DNA of 64,000 bases. Origin: Octopus sinensis. Its lineage: Eukaryota. The notes beneath the pieces are model-generated. The model saw nothing but the letters and a program-made list of their open reading frames with translations, did no database searches and had not been told where the DNA came from. Location of the stretch: positions 35,836,001 to 35,900,000 of the forward strand of contig NC_043015.1 of NCBI RefSeq assembly GCF_006345805.1. Reading direction: 5' to 3'. This document shows, piece after piece, positions 52,351 to 64,000 of this stretch. The first letter of the stretch is position 1. The number at the start of each line of letters is the position of its first letter. Made by a program: the position numbers and the translations under genes.

Positions 52351-53185
52351 CCATTCTATTTTCTCTTTATAAGAAATAGCTTTTAGGTTGCTCGGAAAAA
52401 ATTTTAACGGAAACTAATCTATTAACCTCTGCCACCTACTTTGTCTGCAGAGATTAAATATTAAACTCCATCATAGAGGGTGATATGTGGATTTGTAATT
52501 AGCAAGAAAAGATTAACAGAAGGCGGATTAAAAATAAATAAAATCTATAAAGTAAAGAGCACCTAAGAAGGTGGGGAAAAACACCAAAAATGAAATAAAT
52601 ATATCAGTGAGAAATTGAAATAATAACAACAGTAGGAACAACAACACTTCAAAGGAACTGATACTAAAAATATATACAAATATATACAAATATATACAAA
52701 TATATACAAATCTATACACTATAATCGATATTGAAATATATATATGATGTGATATGATATGAACTAGAAGAAAAAAAACGATTATTTTAGACTTTTAGTG
52801 TTTACCGAAAACTTTGTTTTTGAGCTTATGAAGGCACTTTTAATATCTTTCGAAAAGTAAATTCGATAATGTATCATAGAGGGCGGGGTGGGGGGAACAG
52901 ATAATAGAACATTTGATTGATTATATAAACATACACACATGTACAAAAAAGACATCCACACAACACACCGATACGTGTGCGCACACACACGCACACAAAC
53001 CTCAGAACACGCATATATATAATGTAATATCAGCTGCAGTGTGCATATGTCTGTACATGACAACATGTTATATGCATCTATCTATCCGTTTACACACTTA
53101 ACCCATACACACATACACACCTGTCTATCTATCAATCAATCTATCTATCCATCCATCAATCCATCCATCTATCTGTATCTATCTG

Positions 53186-53260
<75 letters not shown>

Positions 53261-53262
53261 AT

Positions 53263-53321
<59 letters not shown>

Positions 53322-53848
53322 TTATATTGTTTGATAGAACGCAGACGTGTCACCAGTTATGCGCAGCAGCCTTCTTCTTCCTCTGGGTCTTCTTGTATGG
53401 ATGCATGCTCGTGATTTTCATGGTATATTGTGTCCCTTTAAAAGGAATAAAAACTCTCTAAAGTTAATGACATTTTCCTAAAATATATGACAAAATATAT
53501 GTATGCACGTATATGTGCATGTATGCATTGATGAATATACATATCTATCTATCTATTACACATGCATACACATATATATTTTTTGTGTGTGTGTGTATGT
53601 GTGTGTATATGTATGGTAGTATGTATATCTATAAATATATATATGTGTGTCTATCTGTGCGTCTATAATATTCACATCAAAAGATTACGTTAACAAAATA
53701 ATAATATATAGCAATAAAAATAATATTTCAATGCTACAGAGAAAATTTAGACATCTGATATATGCACACACAGATATAGATATATATAGATAGATAGATA
53801 GATGATAGATAGAAAGATAGATAGATATACAGACAGATAGATAGATAT

Positions 53849-53885
<37 letters not shown>

Positions 53886-53993
53886 CAGACAGATAAATAG
53901 ATAGACAGAGAGATAGATGGATAGATAAATAGATACATACAGATATATACATCCATATATATATACAGATAGATAGATATAGATACAGGCATG

Positions 53994-54027
<34 letters not shown>

Positions 54028-54035
54028 ATACATAT

Positions 54036-54117
<82 letters not shown>

Positions 54118-54149
54118 TATATATATATATAATATATATATATATACAT

Positions 54150-54615
54150 AACCAAATAGGGTAATAAAATAAATTATTATTACCATTGGCCTAGCACAAA
54201 AGACGAATTAGTCATTAGACTATATATTTTTCGTATAGAAATATAATAAAGGGCTTCCAAATAAGGAAGCGCAGTGCTAGAAACACAAAAAGGGATGAAT
54301 TCATGAAACGAAAGAAAATTAAAAACATTTACCATCTCAGCTATATCTCAGACCGAACGGTTTCTACCTATTTTTTAGCAAACACACAGAATATATTTGC
54401 CAGGCCAGGTTCTTCAGTGGTAAGCCTTCGTAATCTTAGACGCACAGAGACGCACAGACTGTTAGAAGCACATGTAGATCTAACGGTTTGTATATCCTAA
54501 CTTTTCAAACCTCCGCGCAGACGCAAAAATCACCCCGGCGAACAGAGAGGATGCCGGTAAAATATTTACGAACAAATTTATCAAGCAATATTTAAACATT
54601 ATATATATATATAAT

Positions 54616-54657
<42 letters not shown>

Positions 54658-55305
54658 ATATATACACATATATATATATATATATATACAAATATATATA
54701 TATATATATAGTATATATATATATATATATATATACATACATGCATATATTATATATATACATATATATATATATATAGATATATATATATATATATCAT
54801 ATATAATACACCACACCAAACTATATATATATAATATATATATATACATAACCAATAGGGTAATAAAATAATTATTATTACCATTGGCCTAGCACAAAAG
54901 ACGAATTAGTCATTAGACTATATATTTTTCGTATAGAAATATAATAAAGGGCTCCAAATAAGGAAGCGCAGTGCTAGAAACACAAAAAGGGATGAATCAT
55001 GAAAACAGAAAGAAAATTAAAAAATTTACCATCTCAGCTATAATCTCAGACCGAACGGTTTTCTCTACCTATTTTTTAGCAAACACACAGAATATATTTG
55101 CCAGGCCAGTGTCTTCAGTGGTAAGCCTGTCGTAATCTTGACGCACAGAGACGCACAGACTGTTAGAAGCACATGTAGATCTAACGGTTTGTATATCCTA
55201 ACTTTTCAAACCTCCGCGCAGACGCAAATCATACCCGGCGAACAGAGAGGATGCCGGTAAAATTTTACGAACAAAAAGAAGCGCATATTATCAAGTAATA
55301 TTTAA
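54150..55305. repeat. Tandem duplication A (54150-54596) and A' (54850-55305) of a Penelope-like non-coding repeat
   Basis: Near-identical ~450-bp blocks that differ mostly by 1-2 nt indels, e.g. gggcttccaa/gggctccaa and ggtttctacc/ggttttctctacc. Confidence 0.9.
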
Positions 55306-55316
55306 AGCGATATATA

Positions 55317-55359
<43 letters not shown>

Positions 55360-55372
55360 TATATATATACTA

Positions 55373-55410
<38 letters not shown>

Positions 55411-55479
55411 CATACTAGATAGATATATATATATATATATATACATACATGCATATATATATATATTAGACATCTATAC

Positions 55480-57007
<1,528 letters not shown>

Positions 57008-57009
<2 letters not shown>

Positions 57010-57187
57010 GTTTGTGTCTCTGTGATTTTATCCACCACCATCGCTTGACAACCGATTCTAGTATGTTACGTCCCCGCAAAATGGAATAAGTACCAAGGTT
57101 GCAAGAATAGGTTCTGTGGTCGATTTGTTCGACTATAATGGTGCTCCAGTTTGGCCGCATTCAAATGACTGAAGCAAATCAAAGAAT
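57008..57187 (+). mobile_element. SINE family A, 3' half
   Basis: ccaccatcgcttgacaaccga...ttacgtccccg...gaataagtacca...ggtcgatttgttcgact...ggtgctccag.ttggccgcattcaaatgactgaagc. Confidence 0.8.
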
Positions 57188-57288
57188 ATGTCTGAATATG
57201 GACCTTTCTCTCTCTGTTTCTTTCTGCTTGCCTGTCTGTCACACTCTTCAGTTTTCATATTTTTGTGTATTTATACATACATACATGC

Positions 57289-57328
<40 letters not shown>

Positions 57329-57706
57329 CACACACACACAAATACACACATATACATGTATGTATAACATATCTCACTTGCGCTCACTCACAAACTCACA
57401 AACGCACGCCTTCTCAGTCACACGCACACACACACACACACACAGGTATAGGTCAGTTTTTCTTTCTTATGGGTATGGAATTTATTGATGAGAATAACCT
57501 TGCTTAAGGTTGTAACAGTTCAAAGCTTCTCGGCCAACAAAATGAACCAATATCCAATATCGAACTATTTCGGGAACAGAGCAAAATTGGAAAGAACAAC
57601 GACCACAACATCATCATCAACAATAATACCCTTACCACCACCACCACCACCACCATCACCAATAACAACAAGGACAACAGCAATTTTAATAATAATAATA
57701 ATAATA

Positions 57707-57756
<50 letters not shown>

Positions 57757-57889
57757 GTAATAATAATAATAATGTTAAAACTGACAGTGTTGAATGTCAA
57801 ACAAAATGAAAATTAAAATGGCGATAGAAAATGAAAGCGCTGAATATGTATAAAGTAATGTTTTAAGGAGGTGATTGTTGTCCTTTCAG

Positions 57890-58165
57890 CTTTTTGTTTC
57901 CACATATACTCGAAGAGAAGCCTCCTCATGGCACTGGTACTTGAATGATCTCTTGTCTTTACAAGAATAGTCTTGCAGATGAAGAATATCGGGATATTTG
58001 CGAAAACTGTTCTATTATGTTTCTCTTCAAAAGAGAGGAGGACACCACAGTTGATTAATAGTTTTGTCAATTTTGCTTTAAGGAGAATGCGTATTGGTTC
58101 CATTGTTCTATAGAATATATTGCCATTTCTATGGAGTCGTCTGAAACAGCGAATACTAGACGCTG
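57890..58165 (+). other. Candidate spliced exon (5' UTR plus possible start MESSETANTRR at 58131)
   Basis: Non-repetitive island bounded by an acceptor-like ttgttgtcctttcag| and a donor-like CTG|GTAAGA. ATG 58131 is open up to the donor. No homology recognised. Confidence 0.22.
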
Positions 58166-58735
58166 GTAAGAATTCTTGGAAGGCGGCGAAAAACTTTAAC
58201 ACTTGAATAGCTTTCGAAAATAAAATGCAAAAATAATAATAACACTGAAAATCTATGGGAAAACTGCTTAAAAGATTTCGATCTCTGAATTCTATCCTTT
58301 GTCTTATGAGATTAATACGGATATGTTCTTATGGTTTTTATTATTGCCGTTGTTGTTTCCGCTAATGATATTGTTGTTGTTGTTGTTGTTGTTACAACTG
58401 TAGCAATATTTGTTGTAGTTATTGTTTAACCGAACTTGTCCCCCGCCCCACAAAAATGAATATGTCGAGATTAAACAGGGATATATTCTAGATTAAAAGG
58501 CCTATTTCGGACTGTTATCATTCAAGGTTGTTTTCAGGAACAAATCACCGCTATTTCTAGCAGATCGAGTAACCGGGTAGAATAATTTCCATTGGCGTCT
58601 GAGGAATATATTGGTAATGGTTTTCATTGTAATTGTTGTTATTGTAGTATTACTTGTGACGCCTACATTACTCCCGATGAAGCACAATATACGTGTGAAT
58701 CATTGGGATCAATTTAGGTCACTGCTACCTTTTAC

Positions 58736-58933
<198 letters not shown>

Positions 58934-59030
58934 TCATATATACAAACTTATATCTGTATTTCTATACGCATATATATGTATGTGCAGCGGCACATACACG
59001 CACACATGTATATATGTACAAACATACGCA

Positions 59031-59116
<86 letters not shown>

Positions 59117-59304
59117 ATGTGTGTGTGTGTAAAGCTGCTCTTCTTCATTCTTATTCCTCCTGAAATAATAAAGATATATTTAGAAGAAAAGGAGATCGTC
59201 AAGGATGACCTATAAGAGAGAGCGTTCACCTCGCAAACATTAGAATGCGCGTAGACGAATGATTGCGATAATTAGTATAATAACGAAGAAACTATTCATA
59301 ACCT

Positions 59305-59315
59305 TAATAATGATG

Positions 59316-59355
<40 letters not shown>

Positions 59356-59360
59356 TGATG

Positions 59361-59392
<32 letters not shown>

Positions 59393-59659
59393 GATAATAT
59401 AATAATAATAATAATAATAATAATGATAATAATAATAATAATAATAATATAATAATGATGATGATAATGATAATAATATAATAATAATATGATAATAATA
59501 ATAATAATAATAATATAATAATAATAATAAATAATAATAATAATATATAATAATAATGATGATGATAATGATAATAATAATAATAATAATATGATAATAA
59601 TAATAATATAATAATAAATAATAATAATAATAATAATAATAACAATAATAATAATGATG

Positions 59660-59691
<32 letters not shown>

Positions 59692-59692
59692 G

Positions 59693-59726
<34 letters not shown>

Positions 59727-59799
59727 TAATAATAATAATAATAAAATAATAATAATAATAATGATGATGATAATGATAAGGATAATAATAATAATAATG

Positions 59800-59830
<31 letters not shown>

Positions 59831-59836
59831 TAATAA

Positions 59837-59907
<71 letters not shown>

Positions 59908-60112
59908 TAAATAAATAAAAAAAGGCACAGGAACTTCCAACCTGTTGTCACTTGAGGTCTCTGGGTGAGACTTGGAGCCAACTTGTACAGACATAAAGCA
60001 AAAGTCAAACATAGAATAATAATAATAATAATAATAATAAAATAATAATGATGATGATAATAATAATAATAATATTATCAATAACAATAATAATAATAAT
60101 AATAATAATAAT
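59305..60112. repeat. Very long interrupted (AAT/GAT)n array
   Basis: ~800 bp, seen directly, with a ~90-bp complex island at 59924-60014. Confidence 0.95.
59924..60014 (+). mobile_element. Probable extreme 3' end of a (TAA)n-targeting LINE (Dong/R4-like)
   Basis: Complex sequence ...cttgaggtctctgggtgagacttggagccaacttgtac...gcaaaagtcaaacatag runs straight into (AAT)n and has (AAT)n upstream. The family call is an inference from context. Confidence 0.45.
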
Positions 60113-60257
60113 CAGAAGAAGAAGAATGATCACAACGTAGAAGCATTGAAGTGGATTTGAAAATGATGAAGAAAGAAAAGACAACTGAATCGACCCAACA
60201 GAAAAGTAGATGTAATTGGTACACCGATATATATATATATGTATGTATATATATATA

Positions 60258-60677
<420 letters not shown>

Positions 60678-61040
60678 TGTGTATATGGCAAGAGAATAAT
60701 TTCAAGTTGAGTGATAATCGAAAACATCCTCACAGAATTGCATCTTATTAGAAGTGAAGTATGCTGTGTCTAGGAGAGAATGACCTGATTTTTCTAAGAA
60801 TCCTTCTACAATGGTTATTGGAACAAATGCTCTCTAAGCACCAAGGAGCCACTGTCAATGACATTACGATCATTTGGTCCGATGTGCGTGTATATAATAT
60901 ATAAATGTTGAATGAAATGTTTGGTACTTTGAAGGGATTGAAATATAAAATCTAGTTAAGAATGACTTGCATTATTTTCGAGAATGGATTGTGAGGGTTT
61001 TAATGTCGAGGATCTTTTCTTGGTCCCGTCAAGAGAGTTG

Positions 61041-61108
<68 letters not shown>

Positions 61109-61178
61109 GAAGGTGGGAGATATCTCATTCGACTGAAAATTCTTTAAGGCCATGCTGAGACATGACGTGAATCCAAAG

Positions 61179-61216
<38 letters not shown>

Positions 61217-61477
61217 TGTGTGTGTGTGTATATATCTGTTGTGCGTGTATATTTCCCTAGGTAACAATTAACACGGAAAAAATAAATAAATAGTTACCAG
61301 GGTAGTAAAATATCACTCAAATAAACGGTGTAACGTCTTGTTTTGAAGCGTAGAAACTCCGGGTTTTTACGTGAAATATTTTGTATAATATAAATAAATG
61401 AAGTTGAACGCAGGTGTTATACAACTTCTTTTATTTCCGACACATGTATTTGCGTGTGTCTGTAAACAATAATATAT

Positions 61478-61522
<45 letters not shown>

Positions 61523-61639
61523 ATTTATATATATATATATACTTATATGTATATGTATATGTATGTACATATGTCTATATTTTTGTCTGTGTGTATATAC
61601 CATTATTATTATTTGCAGGATTGTAAAACACACACGCAT

Positions 61640-61721
<82 letters not shown>

Positions 61722-63099
61722 TTCGTTTGTATTCTTGTGTGTGTACTTGTGTATCTCTGACCATAATTTAGGGAAATGTATTTGCACTCACCCACGTACA
61801 GACACGCGAGCATAAACGTGCGTGCGCGCACGCACACACACACACATTGATAGTGAAGAAAGAAGTGAACTACTTTCCTTCCGAATTTCCAATCAATTTA
61901 ATGAACATTTTCCGAAGTTGTTTCTAAGATGACATCTGTGACATGTGCAGGCCTCACCAAGACTTGTAACAGGATGAGACGGGAGTTCATACATGGAACA
62001 AATGTGTATTCAAAATGCAGCATTGATTCCATCAAGAAACAGCTGGCTTGGCAATCTTATCGAAATTGACAAATCGAATAAGCTAGAACAATATTTGTTT
62101 TGTCCACTTTTCCATACATCACATGTCTTGCTAGGAGAATTTAGTTTCTTGGCAGATTAAGATACACGGTGAAAGTTGATGAGCTGAGACAAGAATGATA
62201 TTAATACAACTCCCTCACTGCCACATGTCAACATCTCAACATGCCATACACTCACAGATATCAGACTGTCGAATGTTTGCGCAATTTCAGATGACATGGT
62301 GTCATGTAATCAAATATGTCATTTGGAAGAATATTGCTTCGACACTAAACCAATATTTTGGAAGCATAGCTGTGTGTTTTAATTCGGATTTGATATCAGT
62401 GGACTAGTGGATTCTCTTATCTTTTAATCCGAAAATCCTCTTTATCTTCAATCCACAATACATAATCTTTTCATATATTTTTTCTATTTTAACGTTCTCG
62501 GGGATATCAACATAAATTCAACGAAAAAGGGGTTAAACTCAAACTTAAAATATAGGTTAGTAAAATTCGTTTGTCGAGAGGGCATTTCAGTATGTCTTTT
62601 AATCCGGAATTCCTCCTTTTCTTTAATCAACGATACATTAATATAATTCAGTATTCTCTTGACGGTCGTTGGTTGGCAGGAATTATAATGTATTAAGCAG
62701 AGTACCTCATGGTTCGTTTCCCATCACATTCATAACCCGCCCAAGTCAACTTTGACATTTACTTATCTGATATCAAATGAGTTTCTGCTGATCTTTAAAA
62801 ATGCGAACTGGACTCGATTTCCTCGTGCTCCAGCTTAGCCGCGCTTCTATAACGGGATAACAACTAAGCAAATTAAGAGAACAGTAATTTTCTGTGACTT
62901 TGATCAAAGACAATATTAAAGATATTTAGACATTGCAATGCCAACCATTAGCCTTCGTGCTGTTTCAACATAGCTGAATGACCAGTGACCGGTTGGTAAA
63001 TCGAAGAAATGATAATATAAGGAAATCTGAGAAACAACTCCCAGTATATTTCAATTCTATGGACACGAGTATTTATGCTAACCACCCCAATATATTGGT

Positions 63100-64000
63100 T
63101 CCACTTTTGAGACAAGGCCAGCGATTTCGTGGGTGGCGTAAGTCGATTAAATTGATCTTAGTGTTCAACTCATGTTATCGACCCGAAAGGATTAATGATA
63201 AAGTCGATCTAGACAGGATTTGAAACCCAGAACGTAAAGGCGGAAAAATTGTCGCTAAGCATATCATCCAACGTGCTCATGATTCTGACATCTCACAGCC
63301 TTCTATAGAATCATAATATTGGTTTCTCATTTAGGCAAAAGGTCCGCAGTTACGAAGAAGGGCTTAAGCTGATTACATCGTCGATCCCAGTACTCAGGAG
63401 GTACTTGTTTTATCGCCCACGAAATGACAAAAGATAAAGTACAACACGGTGGAATTTGAAATTTAGTCAGACGAAGTGCTGCTAAGTATTTTTCCTGGCG
63501 TACTAACAATTCCGCCTGCTCGTCGCTTAATTAAATGGTGATTTCATATGATTTCAAATTTTGGCACAAGGTTTGCATTTTGGGAAAGAGGGTTACATCG
63601 ACTCCAGTGCGCAACTGGTACTTATTTTCTTGATCCCAGATGGCGTGCCGATGAATCTGCCAACTCTTCACCTTATCTAATAATAATGATAATCATTTGT
63701 ACTAAAGGCGCAAGGCATGAAATTATTGGGGAGCGGATTAATCGGTTATATCAACCGCAGTGCTGTACTGGTACTTAATTTATCGACCCCGAAAGGATAA
63801 AAGGCAAAATCATTTGAACTAAGAACACAAAAAACGGACGAAATATCGCTAAGCATTTCGCTCGGTGTGCTAAAGATTCTGCAAACTTTTCTACTATAGG
63901 CACAAGACATGATATTTGAATGAAGAGGCCTAATCGATTACATTAACCCTAGTGTATCACTGGTACTTAATATGTCAACCATGAAAGGATGAAAAGCAAA
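63100..64000 (-). mobile_element. Head-to-tail array of about five family-B SINEs, the last cut by the window edge
   Basis: Units at ~63100-63302, 63322-63528, 63550-63672, 63690-63885 and 63887-64000. Each has a g(g/a)c(a/g)caag-type tail and most of gatta.atcg, (g)gtactt, atcgacccgaaaggat and gctaagcat; the third is internally deleted. Confidence 0.8.

Noticed and set aside
52668-52718. 10-bp tandem repeat (aaatatatac)x4-5
   Set aside because: Ordinary short minisatellite in AT-rich DNA with no sign of function.
54345-55120. Two hammerhead-like motifs ~700 bp apart resembling a retrozyme monomer
   Set aside because: The second lies in block A', which looks like a noisy-read duplicate; not accepted as a natural tandem without read support.
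57813-58202. 129-aa minus-strand ORF with complex composition
   Set aside because: Non-ATG start, no recognisable domain, and the better splice signals are on the opposite strand.
63100-64000. Regularly spaced repeats resembling a CRISPR array
   Set aside because: Units are ~200-bp divergent SINEs in eukaryotic DNA, with no identical short repeats, unique spacers or cas genes.

Overview
AT-rich eukaryotic (animal) intronic or intergenic DNA, packed with microsatellites ((TA)n, (TG)n, (ATCT)n, (AAT)n, (CTT)n, (GAT)n) and decayed transposable elements. The SINE families and repeat density match my recollection of octopus (coleoid cephalopod) genomes; this is inference, not a database result. 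No intact host protein-coding gene, rRNA, true tRNA or CRISPR array can be supported, and most ORFs in the track are translations of simple repeats. Supported content: (i) three tRNA-derived SINE families, called A, B and C here, with family B in co-oriented clusters; (ii) a CR1/L2-type LINE 3' fragment whose tail matches the SINE-A tail; (iii) Dong/R4-type LINE fragments tied to (TAA)n arrays; (iv) two Penelope-like GIY-YIG relics, one partly inverted, plus several degenerate minimal hammerhead-like motifs; (v) an internally deleted mariner nested in a SINE, other Tc1/mariner relics and a ~205-bp fold-back MITE; (vi) an A-A'-B'-B duplication at 54.1-57.0 kb that looks like a long-read gap-filling artefact; (vii) one weak candidate exon at 57.9-58.2 kb. 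Element boundaries were read by eye and are approximate.
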